DNA of 64,000 bases from an uncultured Gemmatimonadales bacterium (GCA_963807645.1 CAWECO010000009.1:131-64130); one strand, 5' to 3'; shown: positions 8,752 to 19,916, counted from the first letter of the stretch. Notes: generated by a model not told the origin, from the sequence alone. Numbers and translations are program-made.

Positions 8752-9249
8752 ATGTCTTTTCGGATATCTGCTCTGGCCGCTCTCGGCGTTCTGACCGTGG
8801 TCTCTGCCTGCAGCGAGCCAGAGCTTCCCTTCACACAGTACGGCGAGGCCCTGACCCTCACCGAGACGACCAGCGTCTCGGACGTCCTCGCGGACCCCGA
8901 CGCCTACGTGGGCCAGCATCTGCGAGTGGAGGGGACCGTGACAGGCGTCTGTGAGCACCAGGGTTGCTGGATTGCCGTCGCAGGCGAGAACGAGGCAGAG
9001 CCGCTTCGGGTCAAGGTCGAGGATGGCGTAATCGTGTTCCCACAGACCGCTATGGGGTGCCACGCCCGGGTCGAGGGGGTGATGGAGAAGCTCGAGCTGA
9101 CCATGGAGCAGGCTGTGGCGCAGGCCCAGCATCACGCTGAAGAGCAGGGGCTCGAGTTCGATCCGGCCAGCGTCACGGGACCCGTGGTGATCTATCAGCT
9201 CCGGGGTCTTGGAGCCGAGATCGAGGATACGCCCAGGGCCGCTTCGTAA
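8752..9249 (+). CDS. DUF4920-like OB-fold lipoprotein
   Basis: Lipobox VSAC, VEGTVTGVCEHQGCW motif and a His-containing AQHHAEE segment. Confidence 0.75.
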   Translation: MSFRISALAALGVLTVVSACSEPELPFTQYGEALTLTETTSVSDVLADPDAYVGQHLRVEGTVTGVCEHQGCWIAVAGENEAEPLRVKVEDGVIVFPQTAMGCHARVEGVMEKLELTMEQAVAQAQHHAEEQGLEFDPASVTGPVVIYQLRGLGAEIEDTPRAAS

Positions 9250-9283
9250 GCCAACGGGCGCTTCGCGATCCCCATCGCCCCGG

Positions 9284-11600
9284 TCAGAATTCGATGTTGA
9301 TCCCGAGCGTGGGCAGCACGCCGATCGATTCGTTGAACTCGGGCTCGTTGGTGCGCGGATCCCAGCGGACGGCGCTGATGTTGCTCCGGTTGTAGACGTT
9401 CTGGACGTCCACGTACACCTCGAGCTGCCAGGTCCGGAAGCTGAACCGGCGGTCCACCCGAAGGTCCAGCGAGCTGAACGTCGGAAATCTCTCGCCCTCG
9501 TTGTAGCGGCTCCAGTCCCGCTGGCCGGTGTCGGGCCCGGTGGTGATGAACGGCGTCGTCGGCAGGCCGGTGGAGATCCGGAACTTCGCGCTCACTTCCC
9601 ACTTCGGGTTGATCCTCCAGCCTGTCGATATCGAGCCGATGAATCTCGTGTCGTAGGTGCCGGGTCGGTTCAGCCCTTCGATCGATGCGTACTCCGAGCG
9701 GCTGAGGCTGAGGCTCAGGAGACCGTACAGTGGGATTTCGCTCAGCCGTTTCTGGAGAAACAGCTCCGCTCCGTAGGAACTGCCGGTGCCGATGCTGAGC
9801 AGGGGTTCGAGGCCGAACGGGATGTCGTTGGTCGCATCCTCGAAGCCGGACGGCGAGAGCACGGCCTGCGGTCGGAACACGCGCGCCGGGTAGTCGTCAT
9901 ACGACTTGTAGTAGCCCTCCAGCTGGAGACGAAGATCGGGCCGGAGAAGCTGCTCCACGGCCAGCGTCACCTGGTCCGAGACGATCGGAGTGAGGGTCTC
10001 CGGATTGCCAGGATCGCCGATCAGCCAGATGTACGAAGGCGGCTGTACGTAGCGACCGAGACTTCCGCGCAGGGAGGTGCTGGACGCGACCTGCCAGGTG
10101 GCCCCGATCCGGGGTGACAACCGGAAGCCATCATCCACGAAGTCGTAATAGTCGGCTCGGACTCCAGCCGTAAGACGGACGTGATCGCCCGCTCGAATCG
10201 ACGCTTCGGCGTAGGTCGCGTTACGGAACGCGGTAAACGAGGTGTCAACGGCCAGGGCCTGCGGCGCATCGCTCTGATCCGTCCGGACCTCTCCGGCCAC
10301 CTCCACGTCGTAGGTCAGGTCGCTCGCGAACTTCAGGTTGTTGCCGATCGTCCAGGACAGCGTTCGTGCCGGATCCGTGGCCCACTCCACGCGCAGACCG
10401 TTCTCGCCCTCGTCGGAGAAGTTCTGCAGAATCGTCTCGGGCGGGTCGGTGAACAACGTCTGAGTGGTCTCGAAACTGGTGAAGGTGCGGCCCAGGGACA
10501 CCTCCAGCCGACTGCCCGCGAACAGTCGACTCCCAGGTCAGCCCCGCGAAGTACTGCTGGATCTTCGGTGCCAGCGTGCGGCTGTTGTCGTAGATGTCGT
10601 CCTCGTCCTCGTTGTTGAACGAGATGTCGTCCAGCGCGCCGACGAACAGGAACGACAGACCGTCACGACTGCTGAGCCGGTGACTCGTCTTGAGCTGGAA
10701 GTCCCAGTACCGGGGGACGAAGCTGAAGCCCGCCGCGTTGAACAGCAGGTCCAGGTAGCTGCGGCGGGCGCTGAACAGGAAGCTCCCGCTGGAGCCGATC
10801 GGTCCTTCCAGGATGGCACCCGCGCCGGTGGCGGACACGTTCACCGTGCCCGACAAGCCCTCGGTGTTTCCTTCGCGAAGCCGAATGTCCGTTACCGAGG
10901 CTGTACGATCCCCGTATCGAACCCCCATGCCACCGCTCGAGAACTCCGTCTCGCGGACGAATTCAATGTTGATGAGAGAGAGCGGTCCACCCGTGGATCC
11001 CTGCGAACCAAAGTGATTGATATTCGGAACTTCCACGCCATCCACGATGAACAGACTCTCGTATGGAGCGCCGCCCCGCACCGCGAGGTCGTTCCGGCCC
11101 GGAGAGGTCACGGCCACGCCCGGAAGCAGAGAGACCGACCGGACAACGTCTTCGATCACCCCCGGCGTGCGACGCGTGTCCACCGCATCCAGGGTCCGGG
11201 TGTTGGCGGGAGACTCCTGGGCCGATTCGTTGAAGAACGAGGGCGCGACCTCGATCGTCTCCAGTTGGATCGGTTGCGTCGGGAGTTCGATTCTGACGGT
11301 CAGAGGCTTTCCCGACCCGACGATGACGTTCGAAAGAAGCACGGGTCGATAGCCCAGTGCGCCGGCCCGCAGCGTATAAGCGCCGGGAGCAATACCACGG
11401 ATCGCGAACTGGCCCTGACCGTCGCTGATACCCGTGAGATCGGTGTCGAGGATCTCCACCAGCGCGCTCGGAACGGGCTCCCCGGTGACGCCCACGACGC
11501 GCCCGAGGATCGTGCCCTGCGGGACTTCCTGGGCGACCAGGCGATCGGCAGAGACTCCGGCGCTCAATAGCGCAGCAAGGAACAGGATTCTTCGCTTCAT
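9284..11600 (-). CDS. TonB-dependent receptor, frameshift near 10530
   Basis: Carboxypeptidase-like N domain, plug motif LPGV..NDLAVRGG and C-terminal LGINIEF. Joins ORFs 10245..11636 and 9284..10501. Confidence 0.9.
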
Positions 11601-11687
11601 GCGGCGGAGCATAGTCGTGTGGGAGACCGCTGTCACGACCGCGCGGAGGCCGGTGGAACAGGGTGGGAGGCTCGCGGCCGCCAGCCA

Positions 11688-12656
11688 TCAGCAGATCGTG
11701 ATCACCACCTTGCCCCTGGCATGCCTCGTCTCGAGATACCGGATCGCGTCTGCGGTCCGTTCGAGTGGATACGTACGGTCGATCACGGGCGTCACCTTCC
11801 CGCTCTTCAGCAGCTCCGCGAGAGCGCCGAGGTCCGTTCCGTTGAGCGAGGCGATGAACGACACGAATCGCTGACTCACGAACGGCGACACGACCCTCAC
11901 TTTGAGGAGGTCAAGCAGTATCTTCATGGTACCGCCGTCACCGCCGACCCCGACGTAGACTCCCCTCGGGTTCATGACCCGCCGGTAGTCCGACAACGAG
12001 CGGTCCCCGATGCAATCGAGCACGACTTGGTACCGGGCCTCCCCCTTCGCGAAGTCCTCCCGTGTGTAGTCGACGACCCGCTCGGCGCCGATCGAGGTGA
12101 CCATCTCGACGTTCCTCGTGCTGCAGACGCCCGTCACCGCCGCGCCGAAGGCTCTCGCGATCTGCACGGCGAAGGTACCGACGCCGCCGGCCGCCCCGAT
12201 GACGAGTACCTTTTGCTCCGGCTGGAGTCTTCCCTTGTCGCGGAGGCCCTGCAGCGCCGTGAGCGCGGCAATCGGTACGGCTGCCGCCTGCTCGAAGGAG
12301 ATGTTCCCTGGCTTACGCACGAGACGGTCCGCCCGAGCCGAGACGTACTCGGCAAACGCACCCTGCGCCGCGCCGAACACCGCCTCTCCCTCCTGAAACT
12401 CGGTGACCTTCGAGCCGACCGCTTCGACCACACCCGCGACGTCGACGCCGAGCCGACCGTTCCGCGGGCGAAGAATGCCGGTCATGAGTCGGACGGGAGC
12501 CGGGGAGCCTCGCATGAAGTGCCAGTCGAGCGGGTTCACGGACGCCGCGTGAGTCCGGACCACGACCTCCTCAGGCTTGGGCTCCGGTTTCGCGGCCTCC
12601 ACGAGCTCGAGCACATCTGCAGATCCGTACCTGCGGTAGGTGATCGCTCGCATCAT
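11688..12656 (-). CDS. NAD(P)-dependent MDR / quinone oxidoreductase-like alcohol dehydrogenase
   Basis: AASVNPLD, GAAGGVGTFAVQIA, ARGKVVI. Confidence 0.9.
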   Translation of the reverse strand: MMRAITYRRYGSADVLELVEAAKPEPKPEEVVVRTHAASVNPLDWHFMRGSPAPVRLMTGILRPRNGRLGVDVAGVVEAVGSKVTEFQEGEAVFGAAQGAFAEYVSARADRLVRKPGNISFEQAAAVPIAALTALQGLRDKGRLQPEQKVLVIGAAGGVGTFAVQIARAFGAAVTGVCSTRNVEMVTSIGAERVVDYTREDFAKGEARYQVVLDCIGDRSLSDYRRVMNPRGVYVGVGGDGGTMKILLDLLKVRVVSPFVSQRFVSFIASLNGTDLGALAELLKSGKVTPVIDRTYPLERTADAIRYLETRHARGKVVITIC

Positions 12657-12699
12657 GGGTGGACGAGACTACGCCATCACCGCCGCGATGGGAAGTGGC

Positions 12700-13134
12700 C
12701 GGCAATCGGTACGGCGGCCGCCTGCTCGAAGGAGATGTTCCGCGGTTTACGCACGAGACGATCCGCCCGAGCCGAGGCGTACTCGGCAAACGCACCCTGC
12801 GCCGCGCCGAACACCGCATCTCCCTCCTGAAACCCGGTGACCTTCGAGCCTACCGCTTCGACCACACCCGCGAGGTCGACGCCGAGCCGACCGTTCCTCG
12901 GGCGAAAGATGCCGGTCATGAGTCGGACGGGAGCCGGGGAGCCTCGCATGAAGTGCCAGTCGAGCGGGTTCACGGACGCCGCGTGAGTGCGGACCACGAC
13001 CTCCTGAGGCTCGGGCTCCGGTTTCGCAGCCTCCACGAGCTCGAGCACGTCTGCAGATCCGTACCTGCGGTAGGTGATTGCTCGCATCATGGGTGCGACG
13101 AGACTACGCCATCACCGCCGCGATGGGAAGTGGC
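12700..13134 (-). pseudogene. Tandem partial duplicate of the 5' ~130 codons plus upstream region of the MDR gene
   Basis: 12700-13134 aligns to 12266-12699 with about 19 substitutions and 1 indel by my manual count. Confidence 0.85.
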
Positions 13135-13141
13135 ATTACAG

Positions 13142-13161
13142 CGATTCCGATCGGCTCCACT
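13142..13161 (+). mobile_element. tRNA-Ala 3' fragment 4 (20 nt)
   Basis: cgattccgatcggctccact, an exact match that starts at the same T-loop position where the insertion in copy 3 ends. Confidence 0.8.
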
Positions 13162-13199
13162 CCGCACCCTGCCACCTTGCTCGCCCGTAACGCTCCGGC

Positions 13200-13228
13200 T
13201 TGACCAATCGGTAATCCGCATGGATACT
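13200..13228 (+). promoter_or_regulatory. Possible sigma70 promoter
   Basis: TTGACC-N17-GATACT upstream of ATG 13267. Confidence 0.4.
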
Positions 13229-13266
13229 GGGCGACCCGATTACACAAACCAACCTGGAGTGAAACG

Positions 13267-14756
13267 ATGCGCCGAATGTTCCGAGTCCTCTCTGCCCTCG
13301 CTGTCGCGTGGCTCGCCGTGGTGGCGGTTCCCGCGAATGCGTTGGGCCAGGAGGAGGCCTCCGGCCAGATCCTCATCACGAACATCAACGTCTTCGACGG
13401 AAGGACGGACGGGCTCGCCATGGGCCAGGACGTTCTCGTGGAAGGCAACCTGATCAAGGAGATCGGGGGCGACGTCCAGGCCCGGGGCGACGCGATCGTG
13501 ATCGAAGGAAACGGACGCACGCTGATGCCCGGCCTGATCGACGGCCACGCCCACGTGATGATCAACCACAATTTCCCCGTGGTTGAGACCAACATGGATA
13601 TCACCGATATCGCCTACCGGGCCACGCTCGTGGCCAAGCGGTTCCTGGTCGACGGCTTCACGTCTGTGCGCGACATGGGAGGACCGGCGTTCGGTCTTCA
13701 GCGGAACATCGACACCGGTGTGATCGTGGGTCCTCGGATTTTCCCGTCGGGGGCATTCATCTCACAGACGTCGGGCCACGGAGACTTCCGCGAGCGAGGC
13801 GATCCCGGGCTTCTCGCACAACGTGCCCGGCGATCTGTCGAACTTCGAGCGTATGGGCATCGGCATGGTAGCCGACGGAGTGCCGGAGGTCCTGAAGGCG
13901 ACGCGCCTGAACCTCCGCAACGGCGCGACCCAGATCAAGATCATGGGAGGAGGAGGAGGCTCGTCCCGGTTCGATCCGATCGACACGACGCAGTACTCCG
14001 AGGAGGAGATCTGCGCCATAGTCGAGGCGGCGGCCGACTGGGGCACGTACGTCGCGGCCCACACCTTCAACGATCGCGCGGTCGCGCGCCTCCTGGAATG
14101 TGGTGTGAAGTCCTTCGACCATGGCTTCTTCATCTCCGAGAGAGACCATGCAGAGCATCGCGGCGCGGGCGGCTTTGTGGTGCCGCAGAATGTGGGGGAT
14201 CTCGCCGGATCTGGCGCGAACCCGCTGATGCCGCCCGTACAAGATCCCCATGGTCCAGGCGCTCGGCGAGCAGTTCAAGGACTTCGGACGCAACCTGGTG
14301 AAGAACGGCGTCAAGGTCGTGTTCGCCTCCGACTACGTAGGCGCCTTTGCCGACGCGGAGAGAGCCCGTCGGTACGAGATCTGGTGGCGTACGCAGACGT
14401 TCGACAGCAATTACGAGGTGCTCAAGCAGCTCACGTCGACGGCCGGCGAGTTGCTCGCGCTGTCCGGTCCCCGCAATCCGTACAAGGACGGGCCGCTCGG
14501 CGTGATCGAAGAAGGGGCATACGCGGATCTGCTGCTCGTCGACGGCAACCCGCTCGAGGACATCACGGTGATCGGCGGAACGACCGAGTGGTTCGACGCC
14601 GAACCCGAGTTCAAACTCATCCCGACCATTCACCTGGTGATGAAGGACGGCAAGATCTACCGCAACGAGATCGACGGCCGGCTGTCGCCCGAGGCCCTGA
14701 CGTTCGAGGACTACAATTACCAGGGAATCATCGGCGACTACGTACCGGACAACTGA
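13267..14756 (+). CDS. Secreted amidohydrolase family protein (Xaa-Pro dipeptidase-like), frameshifted
   Basis: Signal peptide and the motifs MPGLIDGHAH, GFTSVRDMGG, GATQIKIM and GAYADLLLVDGNPLED. Confidence 0.85.
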
Positions 14757-14768
14757 GGTCTCATCGGC

Positions 14769-16072
14769 GTGAGGCGAGTTCTTGCGCGGAACTGGAGCCC
14801 GTCGGTGGCGGCGCTCGCCCTCTGGGTGGGCGCCACTCCGGCCCTGGCGCCTCACCTGCCTCTCGACTCCTGCCGCCGCACAGGAGGCCCCGCAAGGATA
14901 CCGCCCGCGCTCGCGCCAACCTTGCCAGCCCCAACCAGGTGGACAACCAGCTCGAGGAGGACGCCCTTCTCAAGCAGGCACTGCTTGACTTCACGTTCCT
15001 GCAGCCGTGGAACGACTTCAAGGCCGACTTCAAGGAGATCGTCCGGCTTCGGGTTCGGCCTCGACTACACGAGCCTCTACTTCAAGGGCACGGAGAGCCT
15101 CGGGGCGGACGAGGCGGGATCGGCAACCTCCGTCTGTTCGGGAGCTGGGAACTCGTGGGGCGCGAGTCGGCGAACCGCGGGGCCGTGGTGTGGAAGGTCG
15201 AGCACCGGCACGGCTACACCGACGTCCCCGTCAGCGGCCTCGGTTTCGAGCTCGGATACGTGGGGCTCCAGGGCGCGCCCTTCAGCGATGCAGGACTCCT
15301 CCTCACGAACCTGTACTGGCGCCAGGGACTGGCGGACGGCCGGCTCGTCTTGGTCGGCGGCTGGGTCGACGCGACCGACTATCTGGACATCTACGGCCTG
15401 GTGAGCCCGTGGCTCCACTTCAGCAACTTCGCTTTCGGCACGGGGAGCGCCACGATCCCTGCCCCGAACCAGGGCCTCGGCCTGGCAGCTGGATTCTGGG
15501 CCTCGGACAAGGTGTACGTGCTCGGCGGCTTCGCAGACTCCAACTCCGATCCGACCCGTCCGGGAGACGGCTTCGAGTCCTTCTTCGACCAGAACGAGTT
15601 CTTCAAGCACATCGAGGTCGGCTGGACCACGTCGAAGGACCGCGCCTACCTCGACAACATCCACGTCACGTTCTGGCATGCTGACGAACGGGTGGAGGCG
15701 AACGTGCCGGACGGCTGGGGAGTGAACGTGTCGGGAGCCCTGTTCGTGCAGGACCGCTGGCTCCCGTTCCTGCGCGGCGGATATGCGAAGGACGGGGGAT
15801 CCCTCCTCGAGACGTCTGTGAGCACGGGAGTGGGCTACCTCACCGCACCGGGAGCCCACGTGCTCGGCCTGGGCCTCAACTGGGGCCGACCGAACGAGAG
15901 CACCTTCTCGCCCGGCCTGGACGACCAGTTCGCTGTCGAGGCCTTCATGCGAATCCAGGTCGCGAACCAGGTCGCCATCACGCCGGACATCCAGTTCATC
16001 GTCAACCCGGCGTTGAGTCCGGATGCCAGTTCACTGTGGCTGTTCGGAGTCCGCGGGCGCCTCAACCTGTGA
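14769..16072 (+). CDS. Carbohydrate-selective porin (OprB family), frameshifted
   Basis: Beta-strand pattern; LTNLYWRQ, DATDYLD, ITPDIQFIVNPA, terminal GVRGRLNL. Confidence 0.8.
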
Positions 16073-16200
16073 ACTTCCGAGCGGTGTTGTGCAGGAGCAG
16101 CACTCGGACTACGCTGGCGATGCGATGACTCTACCAGGGGAGCGTACGCGCCGCTGGTGGTCACATTCACACGCCTTTCCTCGCCATCGGAGTCGAACCC

Positions 16201-16830
16201 ATGAAGCTGGTCATCTTCGGATCCACCGCGGGAACAGGCCGCGAGCTCCTCGAGCAGGCGCTCGAGCAGGGCCACGAGGTATCGGCATTCGCCCGAACGC
16301 CGGAGAAGATCGACGACCTCGAATACCCCAACTTGCAGGTGATTCAAGGCGACGTCCTCGATTCGGACGCCGTCGCGGCAACCGTCGCGGGACAGGAGGC
16401 GGTGCTCTGCACCATTGGGGCGGGGGCGGGGCGCACGAGCCTGCGTGAGGACGCGACCCGCAACATCGTTAGGGCAATGGATACGGCGGGGGTTCAGCGG
16501 CTCATCTGCCAATCGTCTCTCGGAGTCGGTGACAGCCATGCCAACCTCGGCTTCTTCACCAAGCACGTGGTCGTCGGCCTCTTTCTGCGCCACGCCTTTG
16601 CCGACCACGAGCGCCAGGAAGCCGTCATCAAACAGTCCTCGCTGAAGTGGACCATCGTTCGTCCTCCCCACCTGCTGGACACGCCGCGGACCGGAGTCTA
16701 TCGGCACGGCTTTGCCCCCACCGCGAGGGACATCAAGGGACAGATCTCGCGTGCCGATGTCGCGGACTTCATGCTGAAGCAGCTGGCGGACGACAGCTAC
16801 GTGCAGAAAACGCCTGGAGTGTCGTACTGA
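16201..16830 (+). CDS. NAD(P)H-binding atypical SDR (flavin reductase/BLVRB-like)
   Basis: MKLVIFGSTAGTG, WTIVRP, ISRADVADFML. Confidence 0.9.
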   Translation: MKLVIFGSTAGTGRELLEQALEQGHEVSAFARTPEKIDDLEYPNLQVIQGDVLDSDAVAATVAGQEAVLCTIGAGAGRTSLREDATRNIVRAMDTAGVQRLICQSSLGVGDSHANLGFFTKHVVVGLFLRHAFADHERQEAVIKQSSLKWTIVRPPHLLDTPRTGVYRHGFAPTARDIKGQISRADVADFMLKQLADDSYVQKTPGVSY

Positions 16831-16842
16831 ATTCGGGTGCTC

Positions 16843-16884
16843 AATGTCTCGCTTCGCTCGGTGACGATTCCGGTCGGCCCCACT
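16843..16884 (+). mobile_element. Degenerate tRNA-Ala 3' fragment 5 retaining the second hairpin of the T-loop insertion
   Basis: aatgtctcgcttcgctcg-gtga-cgattccggtcggccccact. It is followed by gacccgcc, similar to the aacccacc after copy 2. Confidence 0.75.
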
Positions 16885-16891
16885 GACCCGC

Positions 16892-17933
16892 CTACCCTGA
16901 CGCACAGATCCGGTCGATCTCCACGAGCTCGTCGTCCGACAGCGGCGGACCATTGGCGGCCGCCAGGTTCTCCAGGAGCTGTTCGACCGAACTGGCACCG
17001 ACGATCGCACTCGCAACCCGGCCGTCGGGCCTCTGCCGGATCGTCCACGCAATCGCCAGCTGGGCCAGCGACTGCCCCCGGCGGACGGCCATCTCCCGGA
17101 GGGCCCGAACCCTGGTCAGCGCTTGGTCGGTGACCTGACTGGGGGTCAGCGCCCCGGAGTAGCCGTCGTCCCTGCCGGCGCGCGATCCCGGCGGGATTCC
17201 GTCCAGATATCGATCCGTGAGGAGCCCCTGCGCAAGCGGAGAGAATGCGACTACACCCATTCCAGCATCAGCCGCCGCGGAGATCAGCTCATCTTCGATC
17301 CACCGGTCGAACATGTTGTGCTTGGACTGGTTCACGAGCAGCGGAACGAAGCCGTGGGTCGCGACGCAGGCAACCGCGCGCCGGGTCTGATCCGCGTCGT
17401 AATTGCTGATCCCGGGATAGAGCACCTTGCCCATCCGCACGGCGGAGTCCAGCGCCCCCATCGTCTCATCCAGCCGAGTGAAGGGGTCGGGTCTGTGGTG
17501 GTAGAAGACGTCCACGTACTCGACCTGCAGCCGTCGGAGGGACTGGTCGAGGCTCGCCAGGAGATACTTCCGAGACCCCCCATCTCCGTAGGGTCCCTCC
17601 CACATCAGGTATCCGGCCTTCGTGGTGATCGCGATTTCGTCGCGAGGCAGATGCTTCAGGATCTCTCCCGAACCGCTCCTCTGCCGATCCCGGCGGCGGG
17701 CCGTAGTTGTTGGCCAAATCGAAGTGGGTGACGCCGCGGTCGAAGGCCGCAAAGACGATCTTCTTGCAGACATCTTCGTCGGCTTCCGCGCCAAAGTTGT
17801 TCCAGCACCCGAAGCTGACTACGGGAACCGTCAAGCCGGATGTACCGAGCCGACGGTACGCCATACCTCGGAAGGTGGCGCTCTCATCTCCTGTGGAAGT
17901 TGTCAACGCGGCACCCCTCGCGATCGCGCGCAT
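16892..17933 (-). CDS. Aldo/keto reductase (L-glyceraldehyde-3-phosphate reductase-like), frameshift near 17690
   Basis: YRRLGTSGL, THFDLANNYGPPPGSAE, TTKAGY, SLDQSLRRL, FSPLAQGLLT. Confidence 0.85.
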
Positions 17934-18231
17934 CCTGTCTCCTCGCTTGCTGAACCGGCGCTGCCCGAGCGTCGGCCGTGGACCGTGTCCCGACCTGTCG
18001 ATTTGGATACCGCACCACAATCACATCGGCGAACGGCACACGCCAGATTCCGCCATGACCCGCACCTTGGAGTAGCGCGAGCTTCAACGAGTCGGGCAAG
18101 GTGGACATGTGGTTCGAGCCATAGGGGTGACGGAGACGGTCGCCTGCTTCCCTTACCGCCGGGCGTGTGGCTATCCTTATTCGTGTCCCCCTGCACAGAC
18201 TCGAGCGGGGACCTGAGTAAGGGGCCGTGAC

Positions 18232-18558
18232 ATGCAGCTGGAAGAAGTTCTATTCGCGCTCGGCGGCTGGGTCGTGGCCGCTCTCGTCATTCTCATGCGT
18301 ATCCGACGTGAGAGAGGCCACCGAGCGGAGCTGGACAGGCTCAGAGGACTGCTGAGGCGCTTCATGCAAGCGGTCGAGATTCAGAGAGGACCGCTCAACC
18401 GGCTCGTGACGCTTGGCCAGCTCGGCAGTGAGGTCCGTGACGAGGCTGTGACCGCTCTGCAGATCGCCAACACTGCAGTGGACGATATCATCAGGGCCGA
18501 GCCGCAGCTCAAGGCCGAGGCTCGCACCGCGTCGGAAGAGGGACCGAAGCCCGCGTAG
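18232..18558 (+). CDS. Hypothetical protein, N-terminal TM plus helical domain
   Basis: ATG after a purine-rich RBS; TM segment VLFALGGWVVAALVILM. Confidence 0.55.
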   Translation: MQLEEVLFALGGWVVAALVILMRIRRERGHRAELDRLRGLLRRFMQAVEIQRGPLNRLVTLGQLGSEVRDEAVTALQIANTAVDDIIRAEPQLKAEARTASEEGPKPA

Positions 18559-18703
18559 CTGCCGCCAAGCGACGGCCAGGTCATCGGTGGTCCGGATTCG
18601 ACCGCAGTCGTAGTTTGTTGTTAGAGGCTGTAAACTCGGTCACCACAGTGACGTGCTGTCGCCCCCTGCAGTTCGTCGTGTCCTCTCGCCCAGGAGGTAC
18701 GGC

Positions 18704-19243
18704 GTGAAGACCCTCCAAGCGTCAGCAACGGTATGCGTTCTGTTCGCCTCCCTGGCGGCCTGCGCCCCGGAGGAGCCCGTCCGATACTCTCGCGGCGAGG
18801 CGGTCCCCCTCGCGGCCTGGACCGTGACCCTGAGCTCGACGGAGAAACTCACCGGCCAGGTGATCCCCGACGTGGCGAGGGCGGCAAAGCCCGGCGCGAT
18901 GTGGCTGGCGGCGCACCTGCACTTGGCCTACCAGGATCCCGACGAAGTGGATCGGGAGCGGCACATGAAACGCCTTGTCGAGCGAATACGCCTCCGAAGC
19001 GGGGACGGCGAGGAGTTCGAGCCGATCATGGCACCCATGACCGAAAGCCACCTGAAGATGCTGAAGTATGGCCGGTCAGCCACGCTCCAGGACGTGCAGG
19101 CGTGGATCGCCACGTCCGATTGGAAGCGCGTTGTGATCGTATTCGCTCCACCGCGGGACAGCCGGGGGCTCACCCTCCTGATCGACAACTACGACCGACG
19201 CGATCAGCAGCCGGCGGCGGTCGAGATCGACACCGGACGGTGA
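18704..19243 (+). CDS. Hypothetical lipoprotein
   Basis: AGGAGG RBS, GTG 18704, lipobox LAAC. Confidence 0.7.
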   Translation: MKTLQASATVCVLFASLAACAPEEPVRYSRGEAVPLAAWTVTLSSTEKLTGQVIPDVARAAKPGAMWLAAHLHLAYQDPDEVDRERHMKRLVERIRLRSGDGEEFEPIMAPMTESHLKMLKYGRSATLQDVQAWIATSDWKRVVIVFAPPRDSRGLTLLIDNYDRRDQQPAAVEIDTGR

Positions 19244-19247
19244 CCGA

Positions 19248-19916
19248 ATGAATGGCTCGGCGACACCTGTAGGCACGCGAATCCCACCTTGGCTGGTGAC
19301 CCGGGTCGATCCTCTGGTCAACTGGGCGCGGCGCAACTCGCTTTGGGTCATGCCTTTCTACACGGCGTGCTGCGTGAACGAGTGCATGGCCGCCTCAGCT
19401 TCGCGCTTCGACATCGGCCGCTTCGGAATGGAGTGGCTTGCGGTGAGTCCGCGGCGGGCGGACCTGATGATCGTCGGGGGGCGAGTAACCTACAAGCTCG
19501 CGCCCGTGCTGCGCCGGATCTGGGATCAGATGCCCCAGCCCAAGTGGTGCATTGCCATGGGTGCGTGCGCTTGCTCGGGCGGCATGTTCGACAATTACTC
19601 GGTCGTCCAGGGCGTCGACACGATCGTCCCCGTCGACGTGTACGTGTCGGGCTGTCCCCCTCGGCCTGAGAACCTGATCTACGGGATCATGATGATCCAG
19701 GAGAAGATCAAGGGAGAGTCGCTTGCCAATCCGATCCCGAGGGAGGAGAGTCCGTCGGCCGCAGGGCGGCCCAATCTACCGCCGGAGACCATCGAGCTCG
19801 TATCTCAGCCGTTCGGAAACTCGACTCGCCAGAACAAGATCAGCGGGGTCGAGCCGACTTCGGCCACCCAGCGTCCTCGCGATCGCCGCGAGAGGCGTCT
19901 CGAGACCGTGGATTGA
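19248..19916 (+). CDS. nuoB: NADH-quinone oxidoreductase subunit B (stand-alone)
   Basis: NWARRNSLW, TACC, SPRRADLMIV, QMPQPKWCIAMGAC, PVDVYVSGCPPRPE. Confidence 0.9.
   Translation: MNGSATPVGTRIPPWLVTRVDPLVNWARRNSLWVMPFYTACCVNECMAASASRFDIGRFGMEWLAVSPRRADLMIVGGRVTYKLAPVLRRIWDQMPQPKWCIAMGACACSGGMFDNYSVVQGVDTIVPVDVYVSGCPPRPENLIYGIMMIQEKIKGESLANPIPREESPSAAGRPNLPPETIELVSQPFGNSTRQNKISGVEPTSATQRPRDRRERRLETVD

Noticed and set aside
13823-16072. 749-aa amidohydrolase-porin fusion ORF
   Set aside because: Artefact of frameshifts. The amidohydrolase ends at 14756 and the porin starts separately.
4947-16884. CRISPR array from the recurring 20-44 bp repeat
   Set aside because: Spacing is 11 bp to 6 kb, the repeat is tRNA-derived, and there are no cas genes.
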